From positions 8,432,001 through 8,496,000 of the forward strand of contig NC_043001.1 of assembly GCF_006345805.1 (NCBI RefSeq): a stretch of 64,000 nucleotides of DNA, in the 5' to 3' direction. The notes beneath the pieces were generated by a model. It made no database searches. It was not told the DNA's origin and saw nothing but the letters and a program-made list of their open reading frames with translations. Positions 1 to 9,626 of this stretch are shown here, in pieces. Each line of letters begins with the position of its first letter. Within the stretch, counting starts at the first letter, position 1. The DNA comes from Octopus sinensis (Eukaryota). The position numbers and the translations under genes were made by a program.

Positions 1-400
1 CGGCAAAAGAAAGACGTCTTGATTTATGCCTGGTAGTGAGCAATGCGTCCAGGAAGACCACTCTTGTTCAAATTCCAGGTAACTCTCTGGGCGGATAAAC
101 TCGTTCCACTAACAGAAGACATGTCTTGGGCCAAACATGAAGCGATACGACACCTGTCGTCCTTTATACAACGTTGGATTTGGCGAATATCATTCGCAGT
201 GGAAATAGAGGGATGACATGGACAATGTTTATTGCTTAGACGTCCAGCAGTTTTGCACTTCTGAATCGCTTTGGCAACCGTGTTTACAATAATATGTATC
301 TGTTTGCTACTTGACTTGTATCCTAAACCATTCGTGTGCAATTTAAAAATAATTTTCTGCGAATCTTCAGACATCTCGTTTCCTGTTGTTACCGGTTTCC
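1..400 (-). mobile_element. Degraded Tc1-family transposase, N-terminal paired HTH region
   Basis: ORF 24..425(-): SEDSQKIIFKLHTNGLGYKSSSKQI..VNTVAKAIQK..G...DDRCRIASCLAQDM..SGTSLSAQRV..NLNKSGLPGR, then a frameshift to RHKSRRLSFA. This follows the Tc1 pattern (ELSEDLR..LH..G.GYK.ISK; GL.GR..KP.L..RHK..RL.FA). Confidence 0.8.
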
Positions 401-851
401 TCACAAGGAAGACGACTTTCACCACAGTACGCAGAATCCCTGCAGATGAAATAACATTGACAAGTGTAAAAATGCCAGCAGAAATAATTTATAAAAATTA
501 AAGTTATTATCAGTATCTGAATTTAGTAAGAAAAGTGGATAAATCTTGGAAATACCACATTTCCTTTACGGTGTACATAATTTTGTAAACTTTGGAAATT
601 AATCGTTCGTTCATTTTCTTGTTTTTTGTTTTTTTTTGGAAATGCTTATTGTTAAGTGTTCGAAATTCGTATAATCTTTGCATGTATAATATATTTTATT
701 CAGCATAAATTTCGTTTTGATTCCCTTCGATATTATCTGAGTAACGGGAATTTTACTGAAATTTTTTAGAGTTATTCATATTTCTATGAAATTATGTGTG
801 TATATGTATGTATGTATATATATTTATATCGAGAGAGAGCGAAAGTGATAG

Positions 852-889
<38 letters not shown>

Positions 890-903
<14 letters not shown>

Positions 904-1068
904 GGGGAGAAGGCTGGATTGTGTGTATGTGTATGTGTGGAAGTGTGTGTGTGCGCATAAGATTGTGTGAGAGGTGAGGGAGAGAGAGAGACATGGGGAG
1001 AAGGATGGATTGTGTGTATGTGTGTGTAAGTGTGTGTGTGCGCATAAGATGGTGTGAGAGGTGAGAGG
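890..1068 (+). repeat. Tandem duplication of a ~91-bp GA/GT-rich unit
   Basis: CATGGGGAGAAGG(C/A)TGGATTGTGTG...GCGCATAAGAT(T/G)GTGTGAGAGGTGAG starts at 901 and again at 992. Confidence 0.9.
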
Positions 1069-1638
1069 CGACAGCTGGACGGACTGAAAGTTAGAATTAG
1101 TCAAGATATTTATATGTTTACAAGAAAAGTGTCTGTTTAAGATCAACATTTTATTGAATTCCTGTTTTCAGAACCTCAATTGTTTTTGCTTGAATATCTC
1201 ATTAAACTTTCTCTAGAAACTAAACTAAGAATAATATGTTGCCATGACATAGCTACGTTTATCAGAAAAGTATTGAATTGTAAGCTTAAGTCAATTGAAC
1301 GCGGATTTTCCTATAATAACTTAAATTACTGCCAGCAAACTTCCAATTATTTGGCCGTGTCAATTATTTCTTTGAGATTAACCGATAGCTGTCTTAATAC
1401 AAAACCTGCTTAACTTTCGAAGATTCCTATTGAATAAAGAATGAAATAATTCGTTTTATAAACTTCTATGATCGCCTACAACGCATATGAACGGAGTTAA
1501 TTTGATGTCTCTCGGAGCAATTCTTAGATGCATATAACAAGTGCACGCTTTTGACACCATATTGGACATTTCACTGTGCCGCATCATAATTATTATAACC
1601 GTTAGCAAATTAGTCATTCATCCATTTTATTTTTCCAG

Positions 1639-1903
1639 CAGTCCAAAGCCTTCTGATCTTCTCAAATCAGAATGCTTTACAATGAAGTAAATAGGAGCGT
1701 TATTGACGAAAGATTTCATGGTACCGTCAGTGTAGAATTATTACTCGACAAGGAGGCTATTTGCATGATTGGAGATTCGTTTGCAATGTGTTCGATGTGG
1801 AATGGTTGTCGGTGCGAATTATCCACTACAGATAGGCACAAGCAACGTAGAAGTGTGCTTCTATCATCTGTAGAAAATAAAGCTTTGCTACACATAACCA
1901 TAG
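1639..1903 (+). other. Candidate exon (unidentified product)
   Basis: Acceptor ttttatttttccag| at 1638 and donor AG|gtatgt at 1904. Open frame 1672-1903 (MLYNEVNRSVIDERF...LLHITI) with an in-frame stop upstream. No recognisable family. Confidence 0.25.
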
Positions 1904-2047
1904 GTATGTATATTGCGTTGAATGAACTTCGTCATTGCAGTTACTAATTTCAGATTTAAGTAACAAGAGCTATATCATTATTCAATTTATATATATATGT
2001 ATATATATATATATGGGTATACCGGAATTATTCTAAAACCTCACATC

Positions 2048-2096
<49 letters not shown>

Positions 2097-2097
<1 letters not shown>

Positions 2098-2380
2098 CTC
2101 TGTGTATATATAAACATTTGAGTAGAAACTGGAAGAAAGAAGACATGCACCCAACACCAGAGCTGAAGACACCACCGAAAGGGGGAGGAGGCGCGCCTGG
2201 TCAAAACGGTAGGGGAGTAAGGGGCGAAACCGGACGTGGTTCCTCCTGATGATGTCCTGAACCTATAAACTGGAACCTATAAAGCGGCTGTTGTGGTAGC
2301 AGACCACGAAACACGTTTAAAATTCCTCTTATATATATTTACTCTATGTATATATATAAACATTTGAGTGTAAACTGGAA
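2097..2380 (+). repeat. GC-richer segment flanked by ~38-40-bp direct repeats, containing HHR-like core motifs
   Basis: ACTCT(G/A)TGTATATA..TAAACATTTGAGT..AAACTGGAA at 2097 and 2341. CTGAAGA 2163/GAAAC 2226 and CTGATGA 2246/GAAAC 2308 lie between them. Confidence 0.4.
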
Positions 2381-2902
2381 AATAAGTGCGAACAACGTTG
2401 AAATCAGTATCATAGAGAATGGAAGCTGACATTTTACGTGTTTTATTTTCGTATCCTTGAAGGATAACAAAATATATATTTAAAGGCCAGAGAGTAAAAC
2501 AATATTCGATTGGATACAAGACAAATTTCAATTGGATACTAATATTGGGAGGGAAGATTCAAAGTGACTAAATATTAGCGCAAGTGATTTGTATTTAAAA
2601 CTAAAAGCTAAGCATTATATAGAAATGGACATGATTATCTCCTTTCAAGAAGAGATGAAAGGCAGGTATTTAGAAAGAGAGCGAATGTAGAAAGTGCATA
2701 TTGAATAATCAATAATAATAGAATAAAATACAAATGTAAAATAAATGCAAAAAATAGTAAACACAACGTTTCAATATATAATGTAAGAAGGCAAATTTGA
2801 TTAAATGATATCAAATGAGATACTAAATAAATGTTTTAAAATATTTCTTAATTATAAATAATCATTATATATTATAGAGAATTCGTTTGCGGGAACTAAA
2901 AC

Positions 2903-3160
2903 AGTTGTTGAAGTGCTGTTCTTGCTTGTTCCTTCTCGAACCTTGCCTGGCTCATAAGGTCTGGTTTCCCAGTTCCTTGGCGTATAGGTTCCCAACCTGG
3001 ACGGGATGACGATCTGTCACAGGTGAGCGGATAGATGCAGGAGAAAAGAGTGAGAGAATATCGTGGCGAAACAGTCAGCAGGAGTCCGCCTTTACCTTCT
3101 GCCGAAGCCGCGTGGAGTATAGGTGCTTCGCCTATAAGCACACACATCGCCCGGTGTACT
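2903..3160 (-). mobile_element. SINE (5'-truncated), same family as 43457-43759
   Basis: The reverse complement matches the body of the tRNA-headed SINE at 43457 (CTCACCTG.GACAGA.CG.C.TCCCGTCCAGGT.GGGAACCTATACGCCAAGGAA). Confidence 0.8.
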
Positions 3161-3739
3161 TCCACGTTGAAGAAGTGACTTCATGAAAATCTTCTTTTGT
3201 GTTACTGTGTGTCGTAATTAAGCAAATAAATCTAATATGTAAGAAAAAAATCACTTTGGGATGATTATATGAAACTTGCCGTTCATTTGATATTTCGATG
3301 TATGCAAGCTCCTATAAGAAAATATATTTTAGATCGAGTTTGCTATGTGGAGCGATATCAGCATTTTCTTACTTGAACACAGTTTGAATTTAGGTTTAAA
3401 CAAATTGAACTATTCCTATGCATAACTGGATTTTATAAATTGCGAGGCTTTGAACCAACCAGGCTGCATTACTTAACCACCCGATAACATCTTTCGAAAA
3501 TAAATTTCTAAACAATTTCTTGTGAGGGAATCCGGAATAAGATTTTAATTGAGTGTTATTGAACGCATACTGCATAAGACGAAATATTGATTAGAAATGG
3601 CAATATACCTTATGTACAGTGGGTCCATGAAATCAGAGAATATGAAAGATACTTAATGATGAAGTAAACCTAAGCTTTACATTTGTTAAAGTCTTGCACA
3701 ATCCGTCATTTGTGAAAAGAAGTGAAACAGAATCTCCTT

Positions 3740-4022
3740 TAAAATGAGTTTCTTTATTAGCCACACAGGGCTGCACACAGATGAGAAAGATTACAAAGTA
3801 GAGCTTTTATTTTCGGAGAAAGAAAAAAAAAGGTGGGGTAGGTTTTCGATCAAAAGGATTGTAAAAGACAAAAAAGAAAAAAAGGATAAGAAACAAAAGA
3901 AAAAAACGATCAATAGAGATCGTGTATCGCAGTGTCATGATGTAAAGTGTAAAAAGAGAAGCAGATAAGGTTTATCCGTGGGAGGAAAAGCCTACGGAAA
4001 AGACCACGGTAACCTCGGTCAC
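3740..4022 (-). mobile_element. Probable non-LTR retrotransposon 3' UTR remnant
   Basis: The minus strand is T-rich, UTR-like, and ends in ...GTGGCTAATAAAGAAACTC (AATAAA signal) with an abrupt 5' boundary. Clade not established. Confidence 0.3.
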
Positions 4023-4506
4023 TATTGTTACATGTTACCACATTTGTTTGCAATTAGGTAACCCTCTGTTATAAATTTTCCGGGTTCATACGATTATGCT
4101 CAAGGTGGCTTCGTCATTCATACGTGCCATCCTTGCTACATTCACCCATCTTTTTTTAAACATTCGCTTGACAAACCTTGCCTGTCTTATAATAGTATTT
4201 TGTGGTGTTTTTATTACATTTAAACAATAAACTGGACTCTATGATACAATAATAATCAAAAATATTTAGACACTTGAATTTTCACTAGGGATACTCAACT
4301 GAAACGATTAGTAATTAATGTAGCGTTATAACAAACAGAGCCCTTTTGAAACTTGTCACTACCCCATGGTCAGAAAGCAACATGATTACAATTTATTCTT
4401 GGTAGAATAATATTTGTGTGAATGGAAGATACTTTAAAAGAAATTTTAATACTTTCCAGTAAAGCTAAATATAGTTGAGTGTACTGATAAAGTAATATCT
4501 AATATA

Positions 4507-4608
<102 letters not shown>

Positions 4609-4808
4609 ATATATATACATTATATAAAAGGGCTTAGTAAAATAAATTACTTTGCCGCATACAGAACTCATTAGAAATAGTAGCTAAAATAACATTTTTA
4701 AAACTATTTCTAATACTTAAAGAAAACCTCTCTCATATAGTGTTTGCTCAATTCAACTCACGAAAGTATGGGGGTAAAGACATTAAAAAATCAAATGCAA
4801 AGGTTATT

Positions 4809-4860
4809 TGAGAACGTACGTTTCAAGATTAGTCAACTCGACATTTCTATCATCAGCTAA
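4809..4860 (-). ncRNA. Type-I hammerhead motif, array copy 1 (helix I mismatch)
   Basis: TTAG-CTGATGA-TAGAAATGTCGAGTTGACTAATCTT-GAAAC-GTAC-GTT-CTCA on the minus strand. Confidence 0.55.
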
Positions 4861-5365
4861 GAACTCCTTGGTTTGGATTTGAAAACACTGAAAGTGGGAG
4901 CATACCCTTTCGGCTTCTTATCGCTTCTGAAGATCTGCTCGAAACTAACAGTGCCAGCAAACTCAAATATGCAAGCGAAGAATTTCTGCTCTCCCCTTTC
5001 CACCAGCGTGGGTTAAAATCAGTAAACACTATGCTTTTTCAGTAAAATCCGAGGCATTAAATAGAGAGAGATGAATTATAATTTCAACAATTGAGGGTAA
5101 AATTAATTAATTATTAATCAATTTCACCAAGTATTCAGTATGCAAAGGGACCATTTAAGGCGAATTCAAATTATTACATTATATAAAAGGGCTTAGTAAA
5201 ATAAATTACTTTGCCGCATACTGAACTCATTAGAAATAGTAGCTAAAAAACTTTTTTAAAACTATTTCTAATACTTAAAGAAAACCTCTCTCATATAGTG
5301 TTTGCTCAATTCAACTCACGAAAGTATGGGGGTAAAGACATTAAAAAATCAAATGCAAAGGTTAT

Positions 5366-5417
5366 TGAGAACGTACGTTTCAAGATTAGTCAACTCGACA
5401 TTTCTATCATCAGCTAA
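5366..5417 (-). ncRNA. Type-I hammerhead motif, array copy 2 (helix I mismatch)
   Basis: Same motif; 5' helix I strand is TTAG. Confidence 0.55.
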
Positions 5418-5922
5418 GAACTCCTTGGTTTGGATTTGAAAACACTGAAAGTGGGAGCATACCCTTTCGGCTTCTTATCGCTTCTGAAGATCTGCTCGAA
5501 ACTAACAGTGCCAGCAAACTCAAATATGCAAGCGAAGAATTTCTGCTCTCCCCTTTCCACCAGCGTGGGTTAAAATCAGTAAACACTATGCTTTTTCAGT
5601 AAAATCCGAGGCATTAAATAGAGAGAGATGAATTATAATTTCAACAATTGAGGGTAAAATTAATTAATTATTAATCAATTTCACCAAGTATTCAGTATGC
5701 AAAGGGACCATTTAAGGCGAATTCAAATTATTACATTATATAAAAGGGCTTAGTAAAATAAATTACTTTGCCGCATACTGAACTCATTAGAAATAGTAGC
5801 TAAAAAAACATTTTAAAACTATTTCTAATACTTAAAGAAAACCTCTCTCATATAGTGTTTGCTCAATTCAACTCACGAAAGTATGGGGGTAAAGACATTA
5901 AAAAATCAAATGCAAAGGTTAT

Positions 5923-5974
5923 TGAGAACGTACGTTTCAAGATTAGTCAACTCGACATTTCTATCATCAGCGCA
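5923..5974 (-). ncRNA. Type-I hammerhead motif, array copy 3 (helix I mismatch)
   Basis: Same motif; 5' helix I strand is TGCG. Confidence 0.55.
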
Positions 5975-6355
5975 GAACTCCTTGGTTTGGATTTGAAAAC
6001 ACTGAAAGTGGGAGCATACTCTTTCGGCTTCTTATCGCTTCTGAAGATCTGCTCGAAACTAACAGTGCCAGCAAACTCAAATATGCAAGCGAAGAATTTC
6101 TGCTCTCCCCTTTCCACCAGCGTGGGTTAAAATCAGTAAACACTATGCTTTCTCGGTAAAATCCGAGGCATTAAATAGAGAGAGATGAATTATAATTTCA
6201 ACAATTGAGGGTAAAATTAATTAATTATTAATCAATTTCACCAAGTATTCAGTATGCAAAGGGACCATTTAAGGCGAATTCAAATTATTACATTATATAA
6301 AGCCGAAAGGGTATGCTCCCACTTTCAGTGTTTTCAAATCCAAACCAAGGAGTTC

Positions 6356-6407
6356 TGAGCTGATGATAGAAATGTCGAGTTGACTAATCTTGAAACGTAC
6401 ATTCTCA
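6356..6407 (+). ncRNA. Type-I hammerhead motif, inverted copy A (helix III mutated)
   Basis: TGAG-CTGATGA...GAAAC-GTAC-ATT-CTCA; G>A at 6401 breaks the C15.2-G16.2 pair. Confidence 0.5.
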
Positions 6408-6914
6408 AATAACCTTTGCATTTGATTTTTTAATGTCTTTACCCCCATACTTTCGTGAGTTGAATTGAGCAAACACTATATGAGAGAGGTTTTCTTTAAG
6501 TATTAGAAATAGTTTTAAAAAAGTTTTTTTAGCTACTATTTCTAATGAGTTCAGTATGCGGCAAAGTAATTTATTTTACTAAGCCCTTTTATATAATGTA
6601 ATAATTTGAATTCGCCTTAAATGGTCCCTTTGCATACTGAATACTTGGTGAAATTGATTAATAATTAATTAATTTTACCCTCAATTGTTGAAATTATAAT
6701 TCATCTCTCTCTATTTAATGCCTCGGATTTTACCGAAAAAGCATAGTGTTTACTGATTTTAACCCACGCTGGTAGAAAGGGGAGAGCAGAAATTCTTGGC
6801 TTGCATATTTGAGTTTGCTGGCACTGTTAGTTTCGAGCAGATCTTCAGAAGCGATAAGAAGCCGAAAGGGTATGCTCTCACTTTCAGTGTTTTCAAATCC
6901 AAACCAAGGAGTTC

Positions 6915-6966
6915 TGAGCTGATGATAGAAATGTCGAGTTGACTAATCTTGAAACGTACGTTCTCA
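6915..6966 (+). ncRNA. Type-I hammerhead motif, inverted copy B (best-preserved copy)
   Basis: Helix I TGAG/CTCA; core CTGATGA 6919-6925 and GAAA 6951; helix III palindrome ACGTACGT; GUU triplet, predicted cut after 6962. Helix II is irregular (U.U, AGA/UCU, internal loop, GUCG/UGAC). Confidence 0.65.
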
Positions 6967-7967
6967 AATAACCTTTGCATTTGATTTTTTAATGTCTTTA
7001 CCCCCATACTTTCGTGAGTTGAATTGAGCAAACACTATATGAGAGAGGTTTTCTTTAAGTATTAGAAATTGTTTTAAAAAAGTTTTTTTAGCTACTATTT
7101 CTAATGAGTTCAGTATGCGGCAAAGTAATTTATTTTATTAAGCCCTTTTATATAATGTAATAATTTGAATTCGCCTTAAATGGTCCCTTTGCATACTGAA
7201 TACTTGGTGAAATTGATTAATAATTAATTAATTTTACCCTCAATTGTTGAAATTATATATATATATATATATACGTTTGACGGAGTGAGAAAGAAAGTGA
7301 GAGAGAGAAAGGAAGAGGCTGTAAATACCAAACTTATATCAATAAATTTCGATAGTTTCTTTTATGTTTTCTGCCTTGGAGGGAAAGTTTAATAATAGAA
7401 AGTTTTCTTAAACATGTATATTAGAAAAATTGAGCTAAGACAGGAAATTATTTTCAGTGTTATACGTTTAAGTATTAACATTGCTTGTGTATAATATAAA
7501 TGATTTTTAGTTTTTGAAATATTTCTATACGCTTATTTATAAATGAGAATAAATAAGAAATAATTACCCACCGGTTGTGTAATTAAAGTTCTTTTCTGGT
7601 TTATGATTCAGTATTATTGTATAATGGTAGGCAGGTTACTCTGTTTCTTTCATTAATAAACTATGGCTTCGTGGAGCTGTCGCTTTCTTTTCAAATTAAT
7701 ATCATTAAAATTCCTCATAACTGACATAAAATATACCGTGCGGTGTAATCCAGATTACAGTTTAAAAATTACATACACCTGAGAAGTTATTAATTTCATT
7801 TCTGATAATTTCACATCAAGCATAAATTTTACAAGATGATTAGTAAAAGATTTTACTGCAACAATGTAGCCTGCTTCATAAACTACACATACATTATCAT
7901 CCACAATATCCTTTGGAAAATAATTGGTTAATCAAGTTCGAATAAATATCACACGATATTTATAACT

Positions 7968-8192
7968 TACGTGGCCTGATCATAAGTATCCAGACTGTTG
8001 CTATAGTAACGAAGCTAAAGCACGTTCTAACTCACTAGCTCACTTCTGTAAGGAAGGTGTTTAACGTGTGATCTTCGCATTGAGCATGAAGAGAAATTTC
8101 GTGCTGCGCATGCACAGCTGACATCGAGGTCAATCTTTGCCAAGTGGCTTCATTCTGTATGCTTTAGTTTCGTTATTATGGCAACAGTCCGG
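7968..8192. mobile_element. Mariner-derived MITE
   Basis: TIR TGATCATAAGTATCCAGACTGTTGCTATAGTAACGAAGCTAAAGC and its inverse GCTTTAGTTTCGTTATTATGGCAACAGTCCGG. Same TIR family as 58293-59149. Confidence 0.75.
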
Positions 8193-8317
8193 CACGGTGT
8201 CCCCTATGTGTTTGCTTATTGAAAGCATCCAGCCACAATTTGACAGCATCTGGCTTCAAATCGACATCTTCATTTTGTTTCAGCCAGTACGTAAACTATG
8301 TCTTAAACTTTGAACAA

Positions 8318-8380
8318 TACGCGGTCTGATCAATAATTATCTGGACTGTTGCCATAGTAACGAAGCTAAAGCACGGAGTG
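8318..8380 (+). mobile_element. Solo mariner TIR fragment
   Basis: TACGCGGTCTGATCAATAATTATCTGGACTGTTGCCATAGTAACGAAGCTAAAGCACG. Confidence 0.7.
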
Positions 8381-8471
8381 CGGAGGCTATATTGCTCTAT
8401 GTTTTGCGATTCCAGCATAGGTAATCTGTAAAGCAGAGCCTACCCTATCCGAAATATTTGATGCTTCGGAT

Positions 8472-8820
8472 ATCCTAGCAGCTATTAATAAATGTGCAAA
8501 AAGCTCAGCTGCGATCTCCATAGTTTTTCACAAGATTCCTGAAGGTGAATTGACGTAAACTCGCATTTCTTTTAGCTACTCTCTGGAGAAAATCAATAGA
8601 GACTATCTATAATGCCTATAATTACCTATCCCATTCAAATCTCCGAGTTTAGAAAACGGATAAGCAATCGATGTCAGGGAATATTTTAAGAAATTCCCAA
8701 CTGAATCAGCGAAACATACTCTGCAGCTAAATGAGAGCAAAATTGAATAAAATTTCCATGTATTATTCTCTGGCTGCATCAAGCACAGTTAGGTACCTCG
8801 GCGTAAATGTTGACAATAAA
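8472..8820 (+). mobile_element. Highly degraded, internally deleted CR1-like LINE remnant
   Basis: Scattered peptide motifs ILAAINKCAKSSAA, SLATLWRKSIE, LQLNESKIE and VRYLGVNVDNK match pre- and post-RT regions of CR1/L2 ORF2 (compare QLNEGKFE and IRDLGVIVDDD in ORF 52718). Confidence 0.55.
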
Positions 8821-9236
8821 TTCAGCCGGAGTTACTTAAGTTCGTATATCCTGCAAGGTTTGTTTCTGGATACTCAAATCCTTCCAGTGTAGACATGTTT
8901 CTACTATTATCATATTATCACCCTTTTCGTGCATTTGCCCAACTTCTCTTCAATACTGTTCTGCGCAGTTGTTTCACAACACTAACATGAAATATTTGAA
9001 GTATTGAAGCAACTCAGAGTTTAACCAGGTCCTGGACGAACGTTTGCAAACTCTACATAAACTACTTACACACGAATATATTCTTGCCCCCAAAAATTAT
9101 TTACTCCAATGGTCTGTGGTGCCCAAACAAGGACTAGTATATGCGGTGCTTCTATTAATTTCGACATCGTCTGGAGCAATTCTAGCAGAAATATATTTAA
9201 GCATTACGGAGATGTTCTTGCATAGCAAGTGACATG

Positions 9237-9408
9237 ATCTGAGATCGTGTGCTGGAATGAAAAGAATTGCAGCGCGGAAGGTGTTTATAAGCCATTTAAA
9301 ACACAGGAAAAGCCGTTGGATTCACTTCAACATTTAAATTTAATCTGCCAAAATATTTTCGTCGCTTTGAGATCGCGACCTGTTCACTGACAAAATTCCG
9401 TGCTGCAT
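9237..9408 (-). mobile_element. Dispersed repeat (probable Penelope pLTR), related to 56039-56290
   Basis: Shares GGTGTTTATAAGCCATTTAA...GATTCACTTCAACAT.TAAATTTAAT..GCCAAAAT.TTTTCGTCGCTTTGAGA with the 56 kb copies and carries an HHR variant. Confidence 0.7.
9346..9392 (-). ncRNA. Type-I hammerhead variant with G3:C8 swapped core
   Basis: TGTCA-GTGAACA-G-GTCGC-GATCTCAAA-GCGAC-GAAA-ATATTT-TGGCA: helix I 5 bp (one G.U), helix II 5 bp, helix III palindrome AATATT, core G3 U4 G5 A6 A7 C8 A9. Confidence 0.65.
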
Positions 9409-9448
9409 CATATATCTGTCCATCTATCTATGTATCTATGTATGTATG

Positions 9449-9509
<61 letters not shown>

Positions 9510-9530
9510 CTCTCTCTCTCTCTCTCTCTC

Positions 9531-9564
<34 letters not shown>

Positions 9565-9566
<2 letters not shown>

Positions 9567-9626
9567 ACTTAGAATAACTTAGAAAGGTTTTGGCCAGTAT
9601 TGGCCCAGGCCATGTCTAACTTAATA
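9565..9626 (-). mobile_element. CR1-like LINE 3' stub
   Basis: GGCCCAGGCCATGTCTAACTTAATA is shared with 16485 and 52665; tail of CTAAGTTATT repeats next to (TA)n. Confidence 0.7.

Larger units (their letters stand above)
4617..7256. repeat. Tandem array of ~557-bp monomers (3 forward + ~1.7 inverted) inside a (TA)n tract; Penelope-pLTR/retrozyme-like
   Basis: The unit start ACATTATATAAAAGGGCTTAG occurs at 4617, 5176 and 5733 and is truncated at 6290. The strand flips at 6300 and the inverted units run to 7256. (TA)n lies at ~4512-4616 and 7253-7272. Each unit carries an HHR motif. Confidence 0.95.

Noticed and set aside
3372-3492. Minus-strand segment with a gtaaga donor
   Set aside because: Stops in all frames and a weak acceptor.
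5855-7031. ~90-aa ORFs in the array monomers
   Set aside because: Non-ATG starts, an in-frame TAA in monomers 1 and 2, and no recognisable domain.
4617-7256. Array as CRISPR, rDNA or a simple assembly artefact
   Set aside because: Units are ~557 bp with no spacer/repeat alternation and no rRNA similarity. Copies carry distinct variants and the inversion is not a mirror at the junction, which argues against a simple fold-back read, though read-level confirmation is still needed.
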